A DNA stretch of 64,000 bases, from positions 96,001-160,000 of the forward strand of contig JBGPGO010000007.1 of assembly GCA_041483895.1 (NCBI GenBank), written 5' to 3'. The stretch comes from Fimbriimonadia bacterium. Lineage in GTDB: Bacteria; Armatimonadota; Fimbriimonadia; Fimbriimonadales; JABRVX01. Both the position numbers and the translations under genes were made by a program. The notes below the pieces were generated by a model, which saw nothing but the letters and a program-made list of their open reading frames with translations, searched no databases and was not told the origin of the DNA. Every line of letters starts with the position of its first letter. Within the stretch, counting starts at the first letter, position 1. Below, one piece after another: positions 29,076 to 37,039 of the stretch.

Positions 29076-29569
29076 ACCATCTTCAAAACATAGATCTTGC
29101 CGTTTTCGATTTTTGTCGGATGTGTCTTTAGGCCCTCCGGCGGCGGACCGGCAACAACACGGCCTTGGTCGTCAAAGACGCCACCATGGCAAGGGCAGAA
29201 ATAGCGCAACTTATCATCCTGGAATTTGATCCGGCAGCCAAGGTGCGTGCAAGCCGGATCGAAGGCGACCACCCGATCGGGGAAACGGCGTAAGTAGACG
29301 GTGTACTTTCGCTCCGTATCCAGGTATCCGTCCTTCATCTTGAACGTGAACGAGACCTCGCGCGTTTTTCCCTCCGGCAACTCATGGTCGTCCAGAATCG
29401 GCACCCATTGGCCCGTCGATTTCCGGACGATGGGCGATCCAATGAAGCCCAGCACCGGGCCGAGGATCGTGCCGGCTACCACCACGTTGATAATGCCGAC
29501 CAGCCAACCGAGGAGCCTCCGCTTGCCGGGATCCAGTGGTACAGTCTCTAACGATTGATTTGCGCACAT
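29072..29569 (-). CDS. Rieske 2Fe-2S subunit
   Basis: CTHLGC and CPCHGG; KRRLL plus TM anchor (Tat-like). Confidence 0.93.
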   Translation of the reverse strand: MCANQSLETVPLDPGKRRLLGWLVGIINVVVAGTILGPVLGFIGSPIVRKSTGQWVPILDDHELPEGKTREVSFTFKMKDGYLDTERKYTVYLRRFPDRVVAFDPACTHLGCRIKFQDDKLRYFCPCHGGVFDDQGRVVAGPPPEGLKTHPTKIENGKIYVLKMV

Positions 29570-29584
29570 TGGAACACAACCTCC

Positions 29585-31504
29585 TCATGGGTAATAACGG
29601 ATCACAATCGTCTTTGCCTTGACCGGATCGACGAGATCGACCACCTGCCGCGCGATGCGGTCCGTTTTGTGATGCCGGCCGGGTGATGGCTCACGGCGGT
29701 ATCCGATCTCGACGCCTGACTCCGTGAGCGCTTCCGTGCCACGCGTGACCGCGACCAGCGCCGGCACGACCCACGCATGTGAGAAGCGGGTAAACGGCGC
29801 TGTCGCGATGAGAAGTGTGATTGAGGACAGGTGATACAGATAGATCGTGAGGATCCAGGCGGAACCGCCCAACCGGGCCAGGAAGAAGACGAAGAAGCCG
29901 CTCAATATCGTGTGGAACAGCAGGTTGACGAACAGGAAATCGCGTCCCAGCGTGACCCCGTTGTCAATGAATTCGTCTTTTTGGTACCGATACTTCACAT
30001 AGAGGATGCCAATGAACACGGCGAGGCCGGAGACGAGCGGCAGCACTTTCAGCGCGCTCCCCAGCGGCAACTCCGCGCGCATCGGGTTGTAGATCGCGAT
30101 TAGGATGTCGGCGAGCATCAGGCCGCAGAAACCGTACAGGATCAACCCGTGCATAAACCATCGCAACGGGCTGCGCCGAAACAGTGAGGCAACGAGGAAG
30201 CCGTCAACAATCATCGCGCGCAAGGCAATCAGCGCGGCCTTGCCGGTACCAAATTTGCGCAGGTATGGCCTGGCCTGCCGGATGCCCGTGCAATCAACCC
30301 AATACCAGAGCACTTTCAAACCGAACAAGAATGCGAACCCGAAGACGAATAGGAAGTAGATGGACAGCTTCTGAGGGGTGAGCAGGCTGCCGATCTTGTA
30401 GGTCAGCGGGACCTGGTCGGGAAGCCACGGTTTCAGGCGGACTTCATCTCGAATGGAATTCAGGTCGCTGTCAGACAAAGCGTCGGCCGAAAACGCCGGC
30501 ATCATGCCCTTGCCCTTTCGGACGATCGCCTGAAACTCCGCATCTGTGATTTTCGTCTTGGCAAGGGGTGGACCGAGTCCTCCCATCGCGGCGGCGCCGT
30601 GGCATCCGACACAGTTCGAGGTTGAGAAAACATCTGTTTTCGGGCCCTGCCCCATCGCGACGGCGGCAACGAGCAGAGTTAGGCCGAGGAGCGATGTAAT
30701 GCGAATAAAGGCCTTCTTGAATAGCGACAGCGACTCGGTCAGGAGCCCGGTCGCATCGACCTTCTTCAAGACTGACATCGGCCGAGTCGCGTGGACTGCG
30801 GGCCGGGCTATCTCAGTGACCCCAATCCCCACAAACGCTTCTTCCGTGCCTCCGTGCAGAGTTGCGGTCTCTTGTTCCGACATGGGTCCGAGGTAGCAGG
30901 TGGCAGGATTCGTCTTGCACTCCGGCAGCAGGTGGAACGGCTCGCGCCCGGTCCCGATCGCTTCTTCGACGATATATCTGGAGATTGCGCTATGATCATC
31001 TTCCAGGTCGCCAAAAATGCGCGCGGTGGTCGGGCAAGCGACGACGCATGCGGGATCGAGACCTTTGTCCACACGGTGAGCGCAGTACGTGCATTTGCGC
31101 GCGACGTTCTCTTTCAGGCGCGGCCGAACGTGCTTGGTTTCGTACTCCATATCGTCCTCGAGATACCAGCGGTCCACTTTCTGCAAATACACGTTGCCGT
31201 ATGGGCAGGCGGAGACGCATGCGCCCGTTCCTTTGCATCGGTCTTGGTCGATGAGCACGATGCCGTCATCGCGGCGGAAGATCGCCTTATTCGGGCAGGC
31301 CTTCAGGCACGGCGCGTCGTCGCAGTGGTTGCACAGAATGGGCAGATAGAAGCGCTTGACGGCGGGATATTTGCCGGCCTCGATATTGATTACGCGGGCG
31401 AAAAAGGTATCCACCGGCGTGCCGTTCTCCTGCTTGCACGCCACGGTGCAGGCATCGCATCCGATGCAACGCGTCATGTCGATCAGCATCGCGTACCGCG
31501 CCAT
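29585..31504 (-). CDS. Tri-domain electron-transfer protein: Fe-S beta subunit + monoheme cytochrome c + NarI-like membrane domain
   Basis: Four Cys clusters, one being CKGTGAC (3Fe-4S type); TM helix; CVGCH...MMP; ~5 TMs with YH-x17-H ending in PFTRFSH. Confidence 0.8.
   Translation of the reverse strand: MARYAMLIDMTRCIGCDACTVACKQENGTPVDTFFARVINIEAGKYPAVKRFYLPILCNHCDDAPCLKACPNKAIFRRDDGIVLIDQDRCKGTGACVSACPYGNVYLQKVDRWYLEDDMEYETKHVRPRLKENVARKCTYCAHRVDKGLDPACVVACPTTARIFGDLEDDHSAISRYIVEEAIGTGREPFHLLPECKTNPATCYLGPMSEQETATLHGGTEEAFVGIGVTEIARPAVHATRPMSVLKKVDATGLLTESLSLFKKAFIRITSLLGLTLLVAAVAMGQGPKTDVFSTSNCVGCHGAAAMGGLGPPLAKTKITDAEFQAIVRKGKGMMPAFSADALSDSDLNSIRDEVRLKPWLPDQVPLTYKIGSLLTPQKLSIYFLFVFGFAFLFGLKVLWYWVDCTGIRQARPYLRKFGTGKAALIALRAMIVDGFLVASLFRRSPLRWFMHGLILYGFCGLMLADILIAIYNPMRAELPLGSALKVLPLVSGLAVFIGILYVKYRYQKDEFIDNGVTLGRDFLFVNLLFHTILSGFFVFFLARLGGSAWILTIYLYHLSSITLLIATAPFTRFSHAWVVPALVAVTRGTEALTESGVEIGYRREPSPGRHHKTDRIARQVVDLVDPVKAKTIVIRYYP
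30730..30757 (+). repeat. Family A copy, in frame in the Fe-S/cytochrome c linker
   Basis: Read on the minus strand as DATGLLTES. Confidence 0.93.
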
Positions 31505-31507
31505 CGC

Positions 31508-33949
31508 TTAGCCCCCCACCTTCCGGATATCGACTCGCGTGTCCTTCCAGTGCTGGCCGGGGGCGTACACCGCCGGAAGGAAGTAGTTCTCATGGGTTGG
31601 CTTCACCAGCTGATGCGTGGTGACGGTGTGGTACTTGCCTTTTGCCAGATACCGGTCCCACCATGCATGATCCACGCAGAGCACGCCCGGTTTGATGGTT
31701 TCTGTAACCAGAGCCCAGAGCTCGTAGGAGCCGTTTGCGTTGAATATCTCCACTTGGTCGCCGTCGGCGATGCCGCGCTTGGCCGCGTCGCGTGGATTGA
31801 TCTCGACCACGGGCTGTCGATTGAGGTTGAGGAGAAGAGGGTTGTTGCTGTGGGTGGAGTGGACCCGCCATTTCGAATGCGGCGTGACGATGTTGAGTGG
31901 CATTTCCTGCTCTTCCTTCGGAAGGTAATCGTATGCAGGCTTGTAGATCGGGACGCTCTCGCCGAGCTTTGCGAAGACCTCTTCCTCTTTATAGAACTCC
32001 ATCCTGCCCGTCTTCAGAAACTCGCGCTGGGCGCCCTCCGGGAAAGGGTAGGCACGGGGCGGGAACAGTTTGTCTTCGTGGAACTGCTCGTCCAGCCCGA
32101 CTTCCGGGTCGTGTACGTTCAGCCGGACTGGACCCTCCAGCAATTGCTCCAGTGTGATGCCCGCGGATTCCTTCCCGCCCGTTTCGAGAAGGATGCGAAT
32201 CGCGTCGTGCTCCGTTAAATCGAAGTAGTGTGAGAGGGTAGGATCGATGCGCTTGATGAGCTCTTGCACAACCCAGAATTCGGTCTTGCTATCGAACTGC
32301 GGCTTCACCACCTCTTGCTGTATTTGGAGATACGGGTGGCAGCCGGTGCCGACCAGCTCGTACTTCTCCCAAAAGGTTGGAGCGGGAAGAACGATGTCGG
32401 CGTACTCGCAGGTTGGCGACATCGAGAAGTCTGAAACAACGAACAGCTCCATTTCATCAATCGACTGCTTCAGCGGACCAGAAAATTCGGTGACGAGCGG
32501 ATTGGCGTGGGACACGAACATCATCTTTACGCCGTGAGTTGGGTAGTGGATTTTCGGGTTGATCGTTGCCGTGGGCTTCCCCATTACGACGTAGTGCATA
32601 GGCAGCGATTTGGGCCGGCGACCCTCGGGGAACCAGAACCCGCTGACGTCAATCCGGAAGTGGTGTTGGCCGGAGTAGATGGACACCCCTTCGCCCGGTT
32701 TGCCGTAGGCGCCGGCGAGAGCGCCAAGGAGCAGGATTGCCCGAATGGTCAGGTCCCCGTGCATACGGTGATTGACCCCCATGCCGATGATGATGGAGGC
32801 GGGGCGAGTCGTGGCGTACTCCCTTGCGACCTGGCGAATCGTCTCCGCGGGCATGTCCGTCAGTTTCGCCGCGTTCTCGGCACGATATTCTTCCCGCATG
32901 ATCGTCTCTTCGAGCAGCTCGAAGACTGGCCGCACCTGTACCTCTTGCCCGTTGATTGTTACGACATGGGCGCCGCGAAAGACGGGCTTGTAATCGTCCG
33001 GAAGGCGAAGAGAATCCATCGACAGCTTGAAGAGGCTGTCGGTAGCCTCGTTCCAGGTCACAAACTCGTTCTCAGAGCCCATCCCAACGTCGGACGCCCG
33101 GAGGCGCATCCCGTTGTCCTCACGGATTAGGGTCGCACAGTCCGTGTACTTTCGGAGGAACTCCCAATCCACAAGATCATCTTCTATCAGCACCCGGCAA
33201 AAGGCGAGGGCGAGGGCGCCATCGGTCCCAGGAGTGATGGGAAGCCATAGGTCGGCCCCTTTCGCCGTCTGGCTGCATCGGGGGTCGATGGACACGATCT
33301 TGCAGCCGTTCTGCTGCTTGGCAAAGCGAGTGAGGAATTGGCCGTCTGGGATTCGCGTTTGGAAAACGTTGCTGGCCCACAGTATCGCGTACTTCGCAAA
33401 TCCCCAACTTCGCGACTCGCACTCCACAGAGTCGATCCCCAGTGTGTGGGTGAATCCCATCGAGATGTCGCCATTGAAATCGTACGCTGTGGCGAATGAC
33501 ATGCCGAGCAGGGAGGCCATGCGGACCTGCGCGCCCTTCTGCACGTACCCTGTCCCCACCACTTGGTTGAACAGCAACGCGTGGTCCATCCCATACTTGT
33601 CTCGGATCTCCTTCATTTTGTCCGCGATGGTATCGAGCGCCTCATCCCAGCTCGCCACGCGCCATTTCCCCTCCCCGCGCTCCCCAACGCGGATCAGAGG
33701 CGTCTTTATCCGATCGGGTCCGTAGATAATGTGGGTCATCGCCATCCCACGCAGGCAGCCCCGGGGGTTGTAGTCGCTGCAAGAATAGTCGCCGGCCGGC
33801 TTCAGGTCCACAATTATGTCGTCGACGACGGTGGCGAGCCAACCGCAGGCTCCGGTGCAATTCGGGCTGTCGGTCGTCCGGACTACCCTCGCATCCCCCT
33901 TCGGTTCTTCCTGCTTTTGCCTACCCGGAACTCCGTACCGTGTGGCCAT
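31508..33949 (-). CDS. Molybdopterin (bis-MGD) oxidoreductase catalytic subunit, DMSO-reductase type II (NarG/EbdA/SerA-like), no Tat signal
   Basis: DSPNCTGAC...NPRGC FS0 motif; YDFNGD (Asp Mo-ligand position); PGTDGALAL, ADIVLP and TPHSKWRVHS. Confidence 0.88.
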   Translation of the reverse strand: MATRYGVPGRQKQEEPKGDARVVRTTDSPNCTGACGWLATVVDDIIVDLKPAGDYSCSDYNPRGCLRGMAMTHIIYGPDRIKTPLIRVGERGEGKWRVASWDEALDTIADKMKEIRDKYGMDHALLFNQVVGTGYVQKGAQVRMASLLGMSFATAYDFNGDISMGFTHTLGIDSVECESRSWGFAKYAILWASNVFQTRIPDGQFLTRFAKQQNGCKIVSIDPRCSQTAKGADLWLPITPGTDGALALAFCRVLIEDDLVDWEFLRKYTDCATLIREDNGMRLRASDVGMGSENEFVTWNEATDSLFKLSMDSLRLPDDYKPVFRGAHVVTINGQEVQVRPVFELLEETIMREEYRAENAAKLTDMPAETIRQVAREYATTRPASIIIGMGVNHRMHGDLTIRAILLLGALAGAYGKPGEGVSIYSGQHHFRIDVSGFWFPEGRRPKSLPMHYVVMGKPTATINPKIHYPTHGVKMMFVSHANPLVTEFSGPLKQSIDEMELFVVSDFSMSPTCEYADIVLPAPTFWEKYELVGTGCHPYLQIQQEVVKPQFDSKTEFWVVQELIKRIDPTLSHYFDLTEHDAIRILLETGGKESAGITLEQLLEGPVRLNVHDPEVGLDEQFHEDKLFPPRAYPFPEGAQREFLKTGRMEFYKEEEVFAKLGESVPIYKPAYDYLPKEEQEMPLNIVTPHSKWRVHSTHSNNPLLLNLNRQPVVEINPRDAAKRGIADGDQVEIFNANGSYELWALVTETIKPGVLCVDHAWWDRYLAKGKYHTVTTHQLVKPTHENYFLPAVYAPGQHWKDTRVDIRKVGG

Positions 33950-33999
33950 AGCTACTCCTCCTCATCGTCTGTATTCTATGGCTGAGGGAGAGGAGCGGT

Positions 34000-34017
34000 C
34001 TATGATTTGCGTCATAG
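34000..34017. promoter_or_regulatory. Candidate Crp/Fnr-type site upstream of the molybdoenzyme operon
   Basis: CTATGA-tttgcg-TCATAG, centred ~30 bp upstream of a minus-strand TAGAAT (33973-33978). Confidence 0.65.
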
Positions 34018-34064
34018 CGCTTGGAGAATCAACTTGGTAACCTAAAGTGGCCAGGGAGATTCCT

Positions 34065-34183
34065 GATGCGACCGGTCTCCTGACCGAGTCGCAGGTTCTT
34101 CCGGGGTCTCCTGACCGGACAAACGACGGGCAGTCAGGAGACCTAAAGAATGGTTGCGACTCGGTCAGGAGACCGGTCGCATC
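34065..34183. repeat. Complete 119-bp inverted doublet of family A (REPIN-like)
   Basis: Terminal 29-bp inverted A copies plus inner GGTCTCCTGAC/GTCAGGAGACC arms. Confidence 0.93.
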
Positions 34184-34234
34184 GCGGGACTAAGCTGAAG
34201 TGGCTAGGGAGATGGGCCATCGAATCGCCAAAAG

Positions 34235-34297
34235 TTTTGACTAGTCAAAAAATAATCTTAGCCGGTGTTGACCAATAGCGCCGTACCCGAATATACT
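34235..34297 (+). promoter_or_regulatory. feo promoter with upstream 16-bp palindrome
   Basis: TTTTGACTAGTCAAAA at 34235-34250; TTGACC-18bp-TATACT at 34268-34297. Confidence 0.55.
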
Positions 34298-34306
34298 GAT
34301 GGGAGC

Positions 34307-34861
34307 ATGCCACAGATGACGCTTCGTTCGGAAGAGGTCCGGGACCCGCAATGTAAGGCCGAGTGCCGGGATTCCATCGTCGCGATCGTCGGCAACCCAA
34401 ACGTCGGCAAGAGCGTGCTCTTCCATCGATTGACCGGCCGGTACGTCACGGTTTCGAACTACCCCGGAACGACGGTCGAGGTGTGCAAGGGCGGTTGCCA
34501 ATTAAAGGACAAGAGCCTCTGCGTGATCGATACGCCGGGAATGTACGGCCTCAACCCGTTTACGGAAGAGGAGCGGGTGGCCCGCAGGCTGCTGAAGGAG
34601 GCCAAGCCGGACCTGGTTCTGCATGTTGTGGATGCGAAGAACCTGCGCCGCATGCTTCCGCTCACCGTTCAGCTCATCGAGGCCGGCTTCAAGGTCGTCC
34701 TCGTGTTGAACATGATGGACGAGTTAGAAAGGGCCGGCATGTCGGTCAACACGCGCGCCTTAAGCGAGAAGCTCGGAATCCCGGTCGCCCCGACCGCCTG
34801 TATCGTTGGCCGGGGCGTATGCGGGCTGCAGGACATTATCCATGAGCAGCTCCGCTCCTAG
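34307..34861 (+). CDS. feoB: FeoB N-terminal GTPase domain (split FeoB)
   Basis: GNPNVGKS, NYPGTTV, DTPG and NMMD. Confidence 0.9.
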   Translation: MPQMTLRSEEVRDPQCKAECRDSIVAIVGNPNVGKSVLFHRLTGRYVTVSNYPGTTVEVCKGGCQLKDKSLCVIDTPGMYGLNPFTEEERVARRLLKEAKPDLVLHVVDAKNLRRMLPLTVQLIEAGFKVVLVLNMMDELERAGMSVNTRALSEKLGIPVAPTACIVGRGVCGLQDIIHEQLRS

Positions 34862-36407
34862 CCTCGACCTGACCTATTCCCCTGCCGTTGAGCAAGCTAT
34901 TTCTGAGATCGAGGACCATCTGGTCGGCGATTACGGTCTTTCCCGCCGCGCGATTGCGATGCTTGCGCTGCAAGGCGACGAAGAGGTCTTGGAATGGATC
35001 GACGCGCAAGAGGGACACAAGGCGGCAGAGGCGGTTCGAGCCGGCATCGCGAACAACTTGCGACTCGGTCAGGAGACCGGTCGCATCGAGGAGACCGGTC
35101 GGATCCAGCCGGAGAACAACTTGCGACTCGGTCAGGAGACCGGTCGCATCCAGCTTGCGATTTCGATGGAATTGCAGGAGTGGGCCTCGAACGTCGCGGA
35201 CGATGCGCTTTCCACGCCAACCGAGAGGAAGACTCCGTCTGGTGAATGGCTCGGACAGGTGTGTGCTTCGCCGGTCTTCGGCCTCCCGATCTTGGTCCTG
35301 GTCGTCTATTTCGGCCTATACCAGTTCGTTGGCGTCTTCGGCGGCGGGACCGTGGTCAATTGGCTCGAAAACGGGGTGTTCGGAACCTATGTCAATCCAT
35401 ATGTGACGAATTTCTTCGCGGCAATTGTGCCTTGGGAATCGATCCGAATGCTGTTCGTGGGCGAGTACGGCATTATCACGCTTGGCGTCACCTACGCGAT
35501 CGCATTGATCCTTCCGCTGGTCACGTTCTACTTTCTGGTCTTCGCGGTTCTGGAGGACAGCGGCTACCTGCCGCGCCTCGCGATGCTGGTCGACCGGGTA
35601 TTCAAGAAGCTAGGGCTCAACGGCCGCGCGGTGATTCCGATCGTGTTGGGATTCGGCTGCGATACGATGGCAACGATCGTGACGCGGATTCTGGAGACGA
35701 AGCGCGAACGGATCATCGCCACAGTTCTACTCAGCCTCACCATCCCCTGCTCCGCACAGCTCGCCGTAATCATGAGTCTGCTGGCGATGCGGCCCGCGAA
35801 ACTCCACCTGCTGGGTCTATCCATGGCTACGGGCCTGCTGGTTTGGGCATCCGTGCTGGTCATTGTTTTCTTGTTCGCGGGATTCCTCGCCGCGCGCCTC
35901 ACGCCGGGAAAAGCGACGCCCTTCTTCCTGGAGTTGCCGCCCATGCGCTGGCCGAGCTTTGCGAACGTTGTCGCAAAGACGCTCTCACGGCTCCACTGGT
36001 ATTTCCTGGAGGTCTTTCCGCTCTTTATCTGGGCGAGCGTGATGATCTGGATCGGCCAGATCACGGGCCTATTCGCGATCGTCGTCAACGGCCTAGAGCC
36101 GCTTGTCCGGTTCATCGGGCTGCCAAACGAAGCCGCGACGGCGTTTCTGTTCGGTTTCTTCCGAAGAGACTATGGAGCGGCCGGGCTCATGAAGGTCGCG
36201 GGCGAAGGCGGCCTAACCGGCACGCAGATCGTGGTGGCATGCGTGACACTGACGCTTTTCCTGCCATGCGTGGCGCAGTTTCTGATTGTGAAGAAAGAGC
36301 GCGGCTGGAAGATGGCGATCGGGATGGCTCTGACGACCTTCGTGGTGGCAATCTCCGTTGGCGCTGGATTGTCACGACTTCTTGCCGTGTGGACATTATC
36401 ACTGTGA
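34842..36407 (+). CDS. feoB: FeoB membrane domain (split FeoB)
   Basis: LEDSGYLPRLA, GFGC, IPCSAQL, ELPP and LFLPCVA gate motifs. Confidence 0.92.
   Translation: MSSSAPSLDLTYSPAVEQAISEIEDHLVGDYGLSRRAIAMLALQGDEEVLEWIDAQEGHKAAEAVRAGIANNLRLGQETGRIEETGRIQPENNLRLGQETGRIQLAISMELQEWASNVADDALSTPTERKTPSGEWLGQVCASPVFGLPILVLVVYFGLYQFVGVFGGGTVVNWLENGVFGTYVNPYVTNFFAAIVPWESIRMLFVGEYGIITLGVTYAIALILPLVTFYFLVFAVLEDSGYLPRLAMLVDRVFKKLGLNGRAVIPIVLGFGCDTMATIVTRILETKRERIIATVLLSLTIPCSAQLAVIMSLLAMRPAKLHLLGLSMATGLLVWASVLVIVFLFAGFLAARLTPGKATPFFLELPPMRWPSFANVVAKTLSRLHWYFLEVFPLFIWASVMIWIGQITGLFAIVVNGLEPLVRFIGLPNEAATAFLFGFFRRDYGAAGLMKVAGEGGLTGTQIVVACVTLTLFLPCVAQFLIVKKERGWKMAIGMALTTFVVAISVGAGLSRLLAVWTLSL
35058..35150 (+). 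repeat. Family A cluster (2 full + 1 half), in frame in FeoB
   Basis: Encodes LRLGQETGRI-EETGRI-QPENN-LRLGQETGRI. Confidence 0.95.
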
Positions 36408-36420
36408 GGTCCGCTCCCGG

Positions 36421-36813
36421 ATGATGACCTGCGCAGGATGCGGCAGACAGTTCAGCGAAAGGGATGCGGACGCCGGCTGTCAGGGGTGCGGCGCGCACGG
36501 AGGCTGCCACCTGATCAAGTGCCCCTACTGCCACTACGAGCAGGCGGCGATGCCGAGATGGGTGGCCAAACTCAAGGACCTGATGACCGGCAAGAAGGGC
36601 AACTTCACACCGCTTTACCAGAACCGCCCGGCGCCTGACCGGTCAGGAGACCCCGGAAGAACTTGCGACTCGGTCGGGAGACCGGTCGCATCCAGCGGAC
36701 CGGTCGCATCGGGGGAGCCAGGCGAACTTGCGACTCGGTCAGGAGACCGGTCGCATCCAGAGCATCCAGAACGGTCGCATCCAGAGCATCCAGAACCGGA
36801 GATACCGGAATAG
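36421..36813 (+). CDS. Small Cys-rich (Zn/Fe-S) feo-associated protein with a repeat-derived C-terminal tail
   Basis: CAGC...CQGC...C...CPYC; the tail is translated family A repeats. Confidence 0.6.
   Translation: MMTCAGCGRQFSERDADAGCQGCGAHGGCHLIKCPYCHYEQAAMPRWVAKLKDLMTGKKGNFTPLYQNRPAPDRSGDPGRTCDSVGRPVASSGPVASGEPGELATRSGDRSHPEHPERSHPEHPEPEIPE
36639..36781 (+). repeat. Family A cluster (half doublet, 2 full copies, fragments)
   Basis: Full copies at 36663-36692 and 36728-36757; CATCCAGA tandem decay follows. Confidence 0.92.
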
Positions 36814-37031
36814 TGCGTCTCGATCAGCTTCCAAAAGGCGTCGAGGCGACGGTAACCGCTGTTTCGCAAGAAGACGGTCATTGGCGTAAGTTCATGGCAT
36901 TCGGCATCCGTCCCGGCGCTCGAATCACGGTAACCCAGCGCTTTCCGGCGTTTGTCGTCCGAGCCGGCCACACGCAAGTGGCGATCGATCGACAGGCCGC
37001 CGCCCTTGTCACCGTCGAGCCTACCTGCTAG
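36813..37031 (+). CDS. feoA: FeoA domain protein
   Basis: LDQLPKG...RKFMAFGIRPGARITV...VAIDR; GTG start overlaps the upstream TAG. Confidence 0.8.
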   Translation: MRLDQLPKGVEATVTAVSQEDGHWRKFMAFGIRPGARITVTQRFPAFVVRAGHTQVAIDRQAAALVTVEPTC

Positions 37032-37039
37032 ACACCGCC

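Noticed and set aside
31508..33949. Naming the enzyme narG or nxrA
   Set aside because: It is much shorter than canonical NarG, has different partner subunits, and its substrate cannot be set without phylogeny.
34842..34861. feoB as a frameshifted pseudogene
   Set aside because: Both halves have their own starts and intact motifs and the break falls at the domain boundary; naturally split FeoB is the simpler reading.
5121..36781. Family A clusters as CRISPR arrays
   Set aside because: At most 2-3 copies per cluster, irregular spacing, half and inverted copies, many inside ORFs, and no cas genes or leader.
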